Below, piece after piece: positions 1 to 9,061 of a stretch of 32,000 bases of DNA. This DNA is from Sinorhizobium meliloti. Its GTDB lineage: Bacteria; Pseudomonadota; Alphaproteobacteria; Rhizobiales; Rhizobiaceae. A program made the position numbers and the translations under genes. The stretch lies in contig NZ_JAGIOS010000001.1 of the NCBI RefSeq assembly GCF_017876815.1, forward strand, positions 2,220,001 through 2,252,000. Reading direction: 5' to 3'. Under the pieces are notes generated by a model. The model was not told where the DNA came from and searched no databases. It saw only the letters and a list, made by a program, of their open reading frames with translations. The stretch's first letter is position 1. Each line of letters begins with the position of its first letter.

Positions 1-232
1 TGATCGCTTCCGGGTCGCGCACGTCGACCCGCTCGAAGCGGATTGCCGTGTTTTCGGGGTCGGCCGCGGCAGCCTTGAGCTTTGTTTCCGAACTGCCGAG
101 CGCGATGACCGATCCGCCGAGCCGGGCAAAGCCCTGTGCGATGGCAAGGCCGATGCCGGACGAACCGCCGGTGACGAGAATGTCCTTGCCGGCAAAAAGG
201 TCCGGACGAAACGTATCGATGATGTCTTTCAT
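1..232 (-). CDS. SDR-family oxidoreductase, N-terminal part (gene runs off the left window edge)
   Basis: Absent from the ORF track because it is truncated. The reverse complement from ATG at 232 reads MKDIIDTFRPDLFAGKDILVTGGSSGIGLAIAQGFARLGGSVIALG, which contains the TGGxxGIG Rossmann motif. A GAGGAGGA Shine-Dalgarno (minus strand, 237-244) lies 4 nt upstream. Confidence 0.8.
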   Translation of the reverse strand, partial: MKDIIDTFRPDLFAGKDILVTGGSSGIGLAIAQGFARLGGSVIALGSSETKLKAAAADPENTAIRFERVDVRDPEAI

Positions 233-262
233 GAATTCCTCCTCAGGCATGATAGTCGTTGT

Positions 263-1792
263 TCAGGTCCGCGTGCCGGGCGGGTGGATCCGGGCGGCAA
301 GCGCATCCATGTCGTCATAAAGCGCCATGCTGTGATGATAGAGCCGGTCGAAAACCGGCTGGACATGGCTGTAGACCTCGACCCATGCGGGGTCCGGCGC
401 GATTTCGTCCGCATAGCGCACATAGGCGTCCGCCGCGTCGTCCGGCCGGGAAAAGCGGCCCGTCGCGGTCGCGGCCATGGCCGCGCAGCCCATGAGGCCG
501 CATTCGGGTTCTTGCGGCACCAGCACCGGTGTGTCGAAGACGCTTGCCTTGATCTTGAGCCATAGCTTCGTGCGGGCACCGCCGCCGGCCGCTATCATGC
601 GCTCCAGGCGCTTGCCCGAGCTATGCTCCATGATACGGATATGACGGGCCATGGCGAAGGCGATCCCTTCCAGAATGGCCCGGTGCAGGTGCTCCATGCC
701 GTGCCCGGCGCCGAGGCCGAAGAACTGTGCCCGCGCATTGCGATGCTGACCGAGGCGCTCGCCGGTGAGAAACGGCATGAACAGCAGTGCCTCGCAGCCG
801 GCCGGCGCCTTTTCGGCTCGCGCGACGATGTCGCCATAGCTCAGCGCGCCGTCATGGAAGGCGCGCCGCGCCCAGCGCATGCCGTCGCCGCCGGTTTCGA
901 GAAGCACGAAGGGAGCCCAATTGCCTTCGATGGTGGCGACGTTGGAAATCTCCGGATCCAGCAGGGGCTTGTCGGCGATCATCGTGACGATGGCACCGGT
1001 GCCCGTGCTGTCCGATCCGAGGCCGGGCCGGCAGACGCCCGAGCCGAGCAGCGCCATCGGATAGTCCGCTCCGCCCACCATGACGGGCGTGCCGGCGGTC
1101 AGTCCTGTCGCGAGAGCGGCCTGGTCCGTGACGCGGCCGATGATCTCCAGGGGATTGCGGATGGGCGGTAGCAGCCGGGCATCAAGCCCCATTCGCTCGA
1201 TCATCGCCGGCGACCAGGCGAGCGTTGCAGGGTTCATCAGGAAGCTGCAGGAGGCGTCGCCGGTATCCATGGCGATCTCGCCGGTCAGCCGGAAGTTGAT
1301 GTAGTCCTTCGGCATGATGGCGACGGCGCTGCGCCGATAAGCCCCGGGGTCGGCATCGCGCACCCATTGCAGCTTGAAGCCCGGCCAGGCCGGGGTCGGC
1401 GTGTTGCCGCTTTCGGCGAGATAGCTGTCGGGCTCGTTCTCCGCCTCGAAACGGCGCACGAGGTTCAGCGTGCGTTTGTCGTTCCAGAGCGGTGCGGTAT
1501 CGCGCGTCAATTGCCCGGCATCGTCGATGAGCACGAGACCGTGCATCTGGCCGCATACAGCGATGATGGAAATGCGCTCGCGTGCGCCTTCCGCCTTGTC
1601 GAGCACGGTTCGAACGGCGGTGCAGGCCCCCTCCCACCAGTCGAGCGGTCGCTGCTCTGCCCAGCCGAACTGCGGCACGATCTGGTCGTGCTCGCGCGCG
1701 GCGATTTCGACGATCTTCCCGCGGGTGTCGATGAGCGCCGCCCGCACGCTCCCGGTACCGACGTCGATCGCGAGAAAGAGTTCTCCGGTCAT
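263..1792 (-). CDS. FGGY-family carbohydrate kinase (second of two)
   Basis: Track ORF 263..1960. Its Arg-rich N-terminal extension overlaps the upstream gene, so the start was moved to ATG 1792 (MTGELFLAIDVGTGSVRAAL, the FGGY N-terminal DxGT motif). ATGA start/stop overlap with the upstream kinase at 1789-1792. Confidence 0.9.
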   Translation of the reverse strand: MTGELFLAIDVGTGSVRAALIDTRGKIVEIAAREHDQIVPQFGWAEQRPLDWWEGACTAVRTVLDKAEGARERISIIAVCGQMHGLVLIDDAGQLTRDTAPLWNDKRTLNLVRRFEAENEPDSYLAESGNTPTPAWPGFKLQWVRDADPGAYRRSAVAIMPKDYINFRLTGEIAMDTGDASCSFLMNPATLAWSPAMIERMGLDARLLPPIRNPLEIIGRVTDQAALATGLTAGTPVMVGGADYPMALLGSGVCRPGLGSDSTGTGAIVTMIADKPLLDPEISNVATIEGNWAPFVLLETGGDGMRWARRAFHDGALSYGDIVARAEKAPAGCEALLFMPFLTGERLGQHRNARAQFFGLGAGHGMEHLHRAILEGIAFAMARHIRIMEHSSGKRLERMIAAGGGARTKLWLKIKASVFDTPVLVPQEPECGLMGCAAMAATATGRFSRPDDAADAYVRYADEIAPDPAWVEVYSHVQPVFDRLYHHSMALYDDMDALAARIHPPGTRT

Positions 1793-3336
1793 GTTGCGGC
1801 CTCCCTCAATGCGGCGAGTGCGCCGGACAGTTCGTGTTGCTGCTCGGCCGCCCGACGATAGGCAGCAAGCGCGGCCCGGTAGACCTTGCGCGCTTCCGGC
1901 GCGGGTTCGCTGCGTCCTTCCGCAACGTGCAGCGTGCGGATCGGCAGGAAGTCCTCCCACAGACCCATGCCGACGAAGGCCAGCGCCGCAGCACCGAGTG
2001 CCGCCGCCTGCTGATCGACCCTCGTCTTGACGATCGCGCAGTCGAAGACATCGGCGAAGACCTGCCGCCAGAAGGCGCTGCGCGCGCCGCCACCGACGAT
2101 GATCATTTCCGGGCCGATGGCCGTCATCCGGCGCAACTCGTCCAAGGCGATCCGCAGGCCGAGTGCCACCCCCTCGAGTGTTGCGCGCAGGATGTCGGCA
2201 CGGCCGTGCTGCAGGTCCAGCCCGACGAAGCCTCCGCGCACCGCCGGCCCGCCCTCGAAGCTCGTGCCGCCGCCGAGCGTCGGCACGAAGATCAGGCCGC
2301 GCGCACCGGCCGGAGCCTCGCCGGCGAGCCGGAAGAGCGCGTCATGGACGTCCATGCCGGCAACCTTGGCCGCATGCTTCACGTCCGGCAGCAGCGTGTC
2401 CGTCACCCAGTTGAAGCTCGTGCCGGAGGAAAAGATCGAGGTCGCCGAAATGAACATGCCTGGCGCCACATGGGCGAACACGAAGGGACGCACCCGATCG
2501 TCGAGGAGGGGCTCGGAAGCGGAAACGGTGATCCAGCTCGATGAGCCCATCGAGGCATAGGCGTCGCCCTCGAGAAAGGTGCGGCCGCCAAGCGCCATGC
2601 AACTGTTGTCTACGCCACCCGCGACGACTTTCACCCCTGGGAAGAGACCGAGCCGTTCGGCAATTTCCGGCAGGACGTCGCCGAGGACATCGGTGGAGGC
2701 GACGATGGGCGGGAACAGCTCCCGGCTCAGTCCCGCCGCTTCGACAAGCTCGGCGGAATAGCGCCCTGCCTTGAGATCGTAGACGCCGGTGCCCGAGGCA
2801 TATGACGGATCGGTGGCAATACGGCCGGTCAGCCGCAGGTTGATGTAGTCCTTCGTGCCGATGATCGTGCGTGTCCGCGCGAAGATGTCGGGTGCGTTCC
2901 GGCGCAGCCACATGGCCTTGAACACGGTGTAGAGGGGCGCCGGAAAACCGTTGCCGGTCGTCCGGTACCAGGTGTCCGGATCGACGCGTGTGAAGAAATC
3001 CTCCGCTTCCGCGACGGCGCGTCCGTCGGACCAGATAGGTACGAATTCCTGCAGCAGCGCGCCGTTTTCGTCGAGCGGAAGGCAGCCGAGGCTGTGGCCG
3101 GACACGGCAATGGCGCGGATGTCGCCGGCCTTTACCGCGGTATTCTCGAACAGAGTCCGCAGGCTGGCGCAAATAGCCTCCCACCAGTCTTCGGGACGCT
3201 GCTCGTGACAGGAGGGCGAGGGGTAGAACGTTCTGTAGGAAACGACCTCTTCCGCAATGCAGGTCCCGTCCGGACGGAATATCGCCGCCTTGACGCCACC
3301 GGTCCCGAGGTCGAATGCCGCAACGGTGTCGCCCAT
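1789..3336 (-). CDS. FGGY-family carbohydrate kinase (xylulokinase/ketose-kinase-like)
   Basis: Track ORF 1789..3360 begins at a TTG. ATG 3336 gives MGDTVAAFDLGTGGVKAAIF, a typical FGGY N-terminus, 4 nt after the upstream stop. Confidence 0.9.
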   Translation of the reverse strand: MGDTVAAFDLGTGGVKAAIFRPDGTCIAEEVVSYRTFYPSPSCHEQRPEDWWEAICASLRTLFENTAVKAGDIRAIAVSGHSLGCLPLDENGALLQEFVPIWSDGRAVAEAEDFFTRVDPDTWYRTTGNGFPAPLYTVFKAMWLRRNAPDIFARTRTIIGTKDYINLRLTGRIATDPSYASGTGVYDLKAGRYSAELVEAAGLSRELFPPIVASTDVLGDVLPEIAERLGLFPGVKVVAGGVDNSCMALGGRTFLEGDAYASMGSSSWITVSASEPLLDDRVRPFVFAHVAPGMFISATSIFSSGTSFNWVTDTLLPDVKHAAKVAGMDVHDALFRLAGEAPAGARGLIFVPTLGGGTSFEGGPAVRGGFVGLDLQHGRADILRATLEGVALGLRIALDELRRMTAIGPEMIIVGGGARSAFWRQVFADVFDCAIVKTRVDQQAAALGAAALAFVGMGLWEDFLPIRTLHVAEGRSEPAPEARKVYRAALAAYRRAAEQQHELSGALAALREAAT

Positions 3337-3340
3337 AGCG

Positions 3341-4087
3341 TCAGCCCGCCTTGCCGGCAATGTCGAGGCGGCCGCCGGGCAGGGCGGCGCACTGGCGCAC
3401 GAGGTCGACGGCGACCTGCGTGTTGATGCCGAAGCGGGTGACCCCCAGACGCATCATGCCGGCGATGGCATCGAGCGAACGGATGCCGCCGGAGGCCTTG
3501 ATCTCCACCGCGCCCCCAACGGTTTCGACGATGAGTTTCAGCTTTTCCAGCGTCGTGGCGCTCGGCGTCCAGCCGGTGCCGGTCTTCACGAAGGCGGCTC
3601 CGCTTTCGGCAACGATCGCCGACGCCGCCCGGATCTCCTCGTCCGTCAGATGGGCGAGTTCCAGAATGACCTTGAGCGGCACCGGGGCAATCGCCTCCAC
3701 GATGGCGCGGATCTCGCTGCGGACATAACCGAAGTCGCCGGATTTGATGCGGCCGACATTGATCATCATGTCGAGTTCCTGCGCGCCGTTCTCGGCAAGC
3801 TCCACAGCCTCGGCGGTCTTGGTACGGGTGCTGTGGCCGCCCGAGGGGAAGCCCACCGGACCGCCGACAAGCGTCAGGCCGCCCGAGGGGACGAGGCTTC
3901 TGAGCAGCGGCACGAAATTCGGCAGGGCATGCGCAGCGATGAACCCTTCCGCAACCGCGATTCCCGCCAGCTCCCGCACGTCCGCCTCCGTGTGGAAGGC
4001 CTGGACGGCGCTGATATCGATCAAGGCGGCGAGATCGCGAGGGGCGAGCGAGGCCGGCGGCTGACGGCGGTTGCTTATGTTGTTCAT
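3341..4087 (-). CDS. DeoC/DERA-family class I aldolase
   Basis: This is the C-terminal 248 aa of track ORF 3341..5050, with the start at ATG 4087 (MNNISNRRQPP). It has the DERA-like Schiff-base lysine context AAFVKTGTGW and a second lysine motif VEIKASGGIR. Confidence 0.85.
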   Translation of the reverse strand: MNNISNRRQPPASLAPRDLAALIDISAVQAFHTEADVRELAGIAVAEGFIAAHALPNFVPLLRSLVPSGGLTLVGGPVGFPSGGHSTRTKTAEAVELAENGAQELDMMINVGRIKSGDFGYVRSEIRAIVEAIAPVPLKVILELAHLTDEEIRAASAIVAESGAAFVKTGTGWTPSATTLEKLKLIVETVGGAVEIKASGGIRSLDAIAGMMRLGVTRFGINTQVAVDLVRQCAALPGGRLDIAGKAG

Positions 4088-4089
4088 CT

Positions 4090-4980
4090 CTATGTCTCTG
4101 TGCTCGTGCGTAGGTAACGAAGATTGCGCTTCATGCCGGTGAAAAGATCGACATGCTCTGCGCCCCGGCGCAGTGCGACGCTGGTGGACAGGATGTCGAC
4201 GACCGTCAGCGCGGCGATGCGGGAGATCGTCGGCGTGTAGATGTTGGTGTTTTCCAGCGTCTCGACCATCAGCACGATATCGCAGAATTCGACCAGCGGG
4301 CCGTCCGAGCCGACGATGCCGATGACCTGACAGCCGCTCTCGCGCGCCCGGCGCGCGGTTTCGATGATCGCCAGCGTCGCGCCGGTATTGGAGATGACGA
4401 CCGCGACGTCGCCGGGCTTCAGCATGGAAACGACCATGATCTGCTGGTGGGCGTCGGTTTCCGCGCCGCAGGGGACTCCGAAGAGGGGAAACTTCTGCTG
4501 GGCGTCGCGCGCGACGATGCCCGATGCGCCGAAGCCGAAGAACTCGATGCGATTGGCCTTGGCGAGCGCGTCGACGGCTCGGTCGACCTGGACCGGGTCG
4601 AGGTGATTGCGCACCCAGTCGAGGCTGGTGATCGTATAGTCGAAGATCTTCTCCGAGACCTTGGCCGGAGTGTCGTCGGCGTCGATGACCGAGTGGGTCG
4701 CGGACATGCCCAGCGCCAGACTCTGGGCGAGGCGGAGCTTGAAGTCCTGATATCCCTGGCATCCGATCGAGGCGCAGAAACGGATCACTGTCGGCTGGCT
4801 CACCTCCGCCCATTCCGCCGCCTCGGCGATGGTCGCATTGATCACGCGCTTCGGATCGGCCAGAACGAGTTCGGCTACCTTGCGGTCCGACTTGCGCAGA
4901 TCCGCGCGCTTCAGCCTGATGACTTCGAGTATGTTGTTGTTGCCGCCGATCGTTTTGGGCTGGAGCGCATTGGTCGACAT
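4090..4980 (-). CDS. RpiR/MurR-family transcriptional regulator (HTH_6 plus SIS phosphosugar-binding domain)
   Basis: 296 aa. N-terminal HTH (ATIAEAAEWAEVSQPTVIRFCASIGCQGYQDFK) and a SIS-like core (IEFFGFGASGIVARDAQQKF ... VAVVISNTGAT). GGGGA SD upstream. Embedded in the catabolic cluster: 12 nt after the MBL gene and 2 nt before the aldolase gene. Confidence 0.9.
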   Translation of the reverse strand: MSTNALQPKTIGGNNNILEVIRLKRADLRKSDRKVAELVLADPKRVINATIAEAAEWAEVSQPTVIRFCASIGCQGYQDFKLRLAQSLALGMSATHSVIDADDTPAKVSEKIFDYTITSLDWVRNHLDPVQVDRAVDALAKANRIEFFGFGASGIVARDAQQKFPLFGVPCGAETDAHQQIMVVSMLKPGDVAVVISNTGATLAIIETARRARESGCQVIGIVGSDGPLVEFCDIVLMVETLENTNIYTPTISRIAALTVVDILSTSVALRRGAEHVDLFTGMKRNLRYLRTSTET

Positions 4981-4992
4981 GGAGATCCCCGG

Positions 4993-5853
4993 TTACTTGG
5001 ACAGTCGGTATTCGACCGACAGCTTTGCCCGATGGAGCCGTACCCTGCAATCAGCGGCCGCCGATTTGGCGTCGATCACCCGAGGGTCTTCGGTATTGAA
5101 GGCGAACATGCCGTAGTGATGGGCGATCATGTCGGACGCGCCGATCCGCTCCGCCAGCAGGCATGCCTCGTCCAGCGTCAGGTTGCCGGCAATGCCGGCC
5201 TCCGTAAGTTCGGCGCGGCGGCCGTTGACCGGCAGGAGCGCCAGGTCTACCCGGAAGGGCGATACCTCCTCGACGAGACCCTCGTAAGGGATCGTGTCAC
5301 CGGAATGGTAGAGGCGCGCACCCTCGGCCGCGATCACATAACCGAGGAACCTGTGCCAGCCCCCGGGGGTGCGTTCGAGTGTTTCATGCGCGGCGCGGAT
5401 TGCGGTGACGCCGAGTCCGGCAAGAGGTTCGATGCGCTCGCCCGCGTCGACTGCGACAAGCCGTTCCGGCCTGACGCCGATACGCTCCTGCGCGGCAGCC
5501 AGCGCGGCGCGGGGCACGACGAAGCGGCAATCCGGGTTGGCCGCGGCGATCGGCATGAGGGTCTGTGGATCCATGTGGTCGGTATGCTGATGCGTCACGA
5601 GCACGAGGTCGACCGGGCCGAGCGCGGACGGGGCGACCGGTGCCGCCATCATGCGGTCGTGCTCGAAGCGCTTGCCGCGGTATTTTTCCGCGAGGCTGTC
5701 GGAGAGATAGGGGTCGACGACGATGCGGAAGCGGTTCGTCGCGATCACGAAACCGGCCTGCCCGAGCCAATAGAGCCGGATGCCGCCGGCGGTCGGCGCG
5801 GCGAGCCGCTCGGTAAGCGAACCCGAAAAAGGCACGGTCGACAGCGACATCAT
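4993..5853 (-). CDS. MBL-fold metallo-hydrolase (UlaG-like / Lactamase_B_3 type)
   Basis: 286 aa with the HxHxDH motif in VLVTHQHTDHMD and later conserved His/Asp residues (YHSGDT, IAHHYG). ATGA overlap with the upstream gene stop at 5850-5853. Confidence 0.85.
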   Translation of the reverse strand: MMSLSTVPFSGSLTERLAAPTAGGIRLYWLGQAGFVIATNRFRIVVDPYLSDSLAEKYRGKRFEHDRMMAAPVAPSALGPVDLVLVTHQHTDHMDPQTLMPIAAANPDCRFVVPRAALAAAQERIGVRPERLVAVDAGERIEPLAGLGVTAIRAAHETLERTPGGWHRFLGYVIAAEGARLYHSGDTIPYEGLVEEVSPFRVDLALLPVNGRRAELTEAGIAGNLTLDEACLLAERIGASDMIAHHYGMFAFNTEDPRVIDAKSAAADCRVRLHRAKLSVEYRLSK

Positions 5854-6782
5854 GCGCTCTCCTCCTCCAGGGCCGAGAGAAGGTTCGTCACGGCAATCGC
5901 GGTCGCCTTGCTGACGCTCTCGTCGGTCAAGCCGCCGATATGGCTGGTGGCGATGACGCGCGGATGGCTGGCAAGGGAGCCGGGCGCCGGCGGTTCCTCG
6001 ACGAAGACATCGGTCGCATAGGCCTGCAGCCGGCCCTCGTCGAGTGCGGCGCGCACCGCCACCTCGTCCACCAGTGTTGCGCGTGCGGTATTGATGAGGA
6101 TGGCGTGCGGGGGCACTGCCGCCAGACGCGCCGCATCGACGATCGGGCGGCCATCGGCAGGTGCCGGGCAGTGCAGCGAGACGATGTCCGCCTCCGCGAA
6201 GACCTCGTCAAGGCTCCCCCATTTGAAAGGGCCATACACTTCGACGTTCGGGCGGAACGGATCATGGGCGATGACGCTGGCCCGCATCGCCGAGACGGCG
6301 CGTGCAACGCGTTTTCCGATCGCGCCGCAACCGATAATCCCGACGGTGCGTTCGGCGATTTCCTTGCCGCGCGAGCGGGGCCAGCCGCCGGCGCGGATGC
6401 CGGCCGTTTCGGCTGGAATGTGACGCAGGGCGGCAAGGATAAGCCCGACTGCAAGTTCCGCCACGCCGACGGCGTTGGCCCCCTCGGCCTTGAGGACGCG
6501 GATGCCACGTCCCTTCAGCAGGGAGAGCGGCAGATTGTCGATGCCGGTGCCGTTGCGGCTGATCGCCCGCAGACTGTCGGCGGCGGCGATGACCCTGTCG
6601 GAAACGGGCTCGACGCCCGCCAGCCAGCCGACACAGCCCGGCACGAGATCGATCAGTTCGGCCTCGTCCGGCATACGGCCCGGCGTGGAGAATACGAGCT
6701 CGAATCCAGCCTGCCGAAGCGGCTCGAGTTCCGGCGGCGGGGCGAGGGAGAGCGAACGGGGGGTCACGAGAATGCGCTTCAC
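5850..6782 (-). CDS. D-isomer-specific 2-hydroxyacid dehydrogenase (phosphoglycerate-dehydrogenase-like)
   Basis: Track ORF 5850..7028 over-extends into the upstream gene. Start re-assigned to GTG 6782 (VKRILVTPRSL), preceded by an AAGGGG SD and lying 4 nt after the upstream stop. NAD motif GIIGCGAIGKRVA. Catalytic region INTARATLVDE ... ATSHIGG. Confidence 0.85.
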   Translation of the reverse strand: MKRILVTPRSLSLAPPPELEPLRQAGFELVFSTPGRMPDEAELIDLVPGCVGWLAGVEPVSDRVIAAADSLRAISRNGTGIDNLPLSLLKGRGIRVLKAEGANAVGVAELAVGLILAALRHIPAETAGIRAGGWPRSRGKEIAERTVGIIGCGAIGKRVARAVSAMRASVIAHDPFRPNVEVYGPFKWGSLDEVFAEADIVSLHCPAPADGRPIVDAARLAAVPPHAILINTARATLVDEVAVRAALDEGRLQAYATDVFVEEPPAPGSLASHPRVIATSHIGGLTDESVSKATAIAVTNLLSALEEESA

Positions 6783-6786
6783 GGCG

Positions 6787-7740
6787 TCACCCCTTTGCCG
6801 CCTCGATGGCGATCCGCGAAATCTCGTCGAAGGCCGGCCCGGAGGTCGGAATGACGATGTCGAACACTTCCGCGATGACCTGAGTCCAGCCGTGCAGGAA
6901 ATAGGTCCATCCATCCTCCACCTGCAGCCCGCGCCTGGCCTGCTGCCGTCGCGCCTGATCGAGAAAGACGAGGTCGCCGCGATAGTTGAGGTCCCAGGCG
7001 ATGGCGCGCTTGGGGAAAAGGCCGGCATCGGTGATCGGCGAACCCGGCGCGTCCTTGCCGAGACCGGTCGCGTTGATCACCATGGAACCGGGCTTCAGCG
7101 AGGCCATGGCCGCATCGTTCAGCTCCGGCCGGTCGGCCAGGACATAGTCGACCTTCACGCGGGCGCCCATTGCCTCGTGAATCCGCTTCAATTCCTCGAG
7201 GCGGGGGCGCGACCGGTTGGTCACGACGATGCGCGAGGGCAAGTCGTCCCCTCGCTTTTCCTGCATGAGATGCCAGGTGATGGCGATGGTCGAACCGCCG
7301 GCTCCCATCGACAGAACTTCCGCGCCGGTTTCGGTGAAATGGCCGGCCGGCAAGAAGCCATCGATGGCGAGACCCGATGAAATGGGGTCCTTGGCGTGGC
7401 AGACGAGCTTGCCGCCGCGTTTCGACAGGCAGCTCGTCTCATGCATCAGCAGTGCATGCGGATCGATCACGTCGAAGAGATCGCGTGCCGCATTGAACAG
7501 GTCGATCTTGTGGGTCGTGACCAGCGCGCCGAGCGACAGCGGGTCCGACTTGATGAAGGAAACGGCCTCCCGATAGGCCGCCGGGTCGGCATGAAGCGGA
7601 AAGTCGATACCTTTCAGGACCGCGTCCTTCAGGCCGAGGTGACGCGCCCAGGCGGGGAAGACCCGCATGATCGAGCTTTTCGACGTCGTCACGCCGATGA
7701 AGTAGAAGGTTGGCTGGATCGCGGGCTGGTAGCGATTCAT
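6787..7740 (-). CDS. Shikimate-dehydrogenase-family (AroE-like) NAD(P) oxidoreductase paralogue
   Basis: Track ORF 6787..7884. Start moved to ATG 7740 (MNRYQPAIQPTFYFIGV). It has an AroE-type substrate motif GALVTTHK and a Rossmann motif SMGAGGSTIAI. ATGA overlap with the upstream aldolase stop at 7737-7740. Confidence 0.8.
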   Translation of the reverse strand: MNRYQPAIQPTFYFIGVTTSKSSIMRVFPAWARHLGLKDAVLKGIDFPLHADPAAYREAVSFIKSDPLSLGALVTTHKIDLFNAARDLFDVIDPHALLMHETSCLSKRGGKLVCHAKDPISSGLAIDGFLPAGHFTETGAEVLSMGAGGSTIAITWHLMQEKRGDDLPSRIVVTNRSRPRLEELKRIHEAMGARVKVDYVLADRPELNDAAMASLKPGSMVINATGLGKDAPGSPITDAGLFPKRAIAWDLNYRGDLVFLDQARRQQARRGLQVEDGWTYFLHGWTQVIAEVFDIVIPTSGPAFDEISRIAIEAAKG

Positions 7741-8390
7741 CGCGTCACCTCGCGTATTTGCTTTGCCCGTGCGACTGCCGCGCGCGCCTTTGCCGTGATG
7801 TCGGCCCAACGACCTTCGCCGATGTCGGCCTTGGTGGCGATCCAGGTGCCGCCGACGGCGGCCACCGCACCGAGCTTCAGCCATTCATGCATGTTGTCGA
7901 GACTGACGCCGCCGGTCGGCACGAAGCGGGTGCCGAGATGAGCGAAGGGGGCACTGATCGCTTCCAGCATCGACGGGCCCCCGGCCGCCTTGGCCGGAAA
8001 GAATTTGGCGAGCTTCAGGCCGTTGCGGGATACGGCCGTCAGGTCGGAGGGCGTCATGATGCCTGGAGCGAATGGAAAATCCTTGGCCTTGGCGGCCGCG
8101 ACGATCTCGGCGTCGAAGCCGGGCGCGAGGCCGAAGCGCGCACCCGCGCTGATCGCTGCACGCAAAGCGTCCGGCGTCAGGATCGTCCCGGCGCCGACCA
8201 GCAGTTCCGGGCGCTTCTCGGCCATGATCGCGATCACCTCGGCGGCCGCTTCGGTGCGGAATGTGATTTCGGCAAGCGGCAAGCCGCCTTCGAGAAGCGC
8301 ATCGGCCAGGGCGACGGCGTCGGAGGAGCGCTCGATCGCGATGACCGGGACGACACCGAGAGTTGCGGCTTGGTCGAACGGAGCAATCAT
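7737..8390 (-). CDS. eda: KDPG/KHG-family class I aldolase (2-dehydro-3-deoxy-phosphosugar-acid aldolase)
   Basis: 217 aa with Eda-family signatures: VVPVIAI, GLPLAEITFRT, GAGTILT, KFFPA ... VPTGGV. ATGA overlap with the upstream gene at 8387-8390. Confidence 0.88.
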   Translation of the reverse strand: MIAPFDQAATLGVVPVIAIERSSDAVALADALLEGGLPLAEITFRTEAAAEVIAIMAEKRPELLVGAGTILTPDALRAAISAGARFGLAPGFDAEIVAAAKAKDFPFAPGIMTPSDLTAVSRNGLKLAKFFPAKAAGGPSMLEAISAPFAHLGTRFVPTGGVSLDNMHEWLKLGAVAAVGGTWIATKADIGEGRWADITAKARAAVARAKQIREVTR

Positions 8391-9031
8391 GCGTTTTCTT
8401 CCTTCTTCTCGCGGCCATAGAGCGCGGCGACCGTCGCCGCGTCGCGCATCCGCCAGTTGGGGTTGTCGATCTGTTTCCAGCCGCCCCTGCCGTCATCGAT
8501 GATGCGCGCACGCATGCCGCCCGCCTTGGCGATGCAGTCGTAGTCCTGGCCAGAGTCGGCAGGGTAGCAGAAGAGCATCACGAGCTCGTCGCCGCCGATA
8601 TTCACCGACCGGTGGATCCAGTACGGCGGCACGTAGCAGACCGTCTGCGCGTCGACGGCCACGACGCGGACTTCGCCCTCCGGAGATTCCAGCAGCATGA
8701 GGCCGCGGCCCTTCTGACCGTAGTAGATTTCCGGCCGGTCCGATTGCTTGTGAATGTGGCCGCGGGTGACGAAATACTCTTCGCCCACCTTGCCCGGCAG
8801 CATGCGGGTGACGCCGAAAATGAGGTCGCCGGTGCGTTCGTTGGGGCGGAACTCCGAGACCTCGTAGACGACCGTATCGTTCCAGGTTTCCTGCATGGCA
8901 GAGAATGCCGCCTCGTCGGCATAAAGACCGGCGAGATCGCGGAAGCGTTTCTGGTAGGCGCCCGTTGCATCGCTCATGGCACCGGTCCGAAGGTCGACCC
9001 GGCACCCTGCGGGCTCAAATAGCTTTGTCAA
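8387..9031 (-). CDS. Cupin-type (archaeal-type) phosphoglucose isomerase family protein
   Basis: 214 aa. TTG start at 9031 with a CGAGGAA SD 6 nt upstream. By eye it aligns end-to-end with the Pyrococcus-type cPGI as I recall it: PGKVGEEYFVTRGHIH, PEIYYG, YVPPYWIHRSVNIG, YPADSGQDYD, IDNPNW. All four metal ligands (HxH, E, H) appear conserved. Confidence 0.85.
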   Translation of the reverse strand: MTKLFEPAGCRVDLRTGAMSDATGAYQKRFRDLAGLYADEAAFSAMQETWNDTVVYEVSEFRPNERTGDLIFGVTRMLPGKVGEEYFVTRGHIHKQSDRPEIYYGQKGRGLMLLESPEGEVRVVAVDAQTVCYVPPYWIHRSVNIGGDELVMLFCYPADSGQDYDCIAKAGGMRARIIDDGRGGWKQIDNPNWRMRDAATVAALYGREKKEENA

Positions 9032-9061
9032 AGTGATTCCTCGTATGTCTCGTTCTTGGTA

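Noticed and set aside
3341-5050. A single 569-aa ORF spanning the aldolase and RpiR region. Similar N-terminal extensions occur in ORFs 263..1960, 5850..7028, 6787..7884, 20167.., 22249.., 23046.., 25368.., 27231.. and 30491...
   Set aside because: The extensions are Arg-rich read-through of neighbouring genes in another frame. Internal starts with SD sequences, start/stop coupling and family-typical N-termini are far more plausible.
4153-6021. A 622-aa plus-strand ORF, plus similar long ORFs at 3257..4117 and 5940..6854, antisense to the RpiR, MBL and dehydrogenase genes.
   Set aside because: The products are Arg/Asp/Gly/Ala-rich and low in complexity, with no motifs. They are the typical GC-driven shadow frames opposite well-supported genes.
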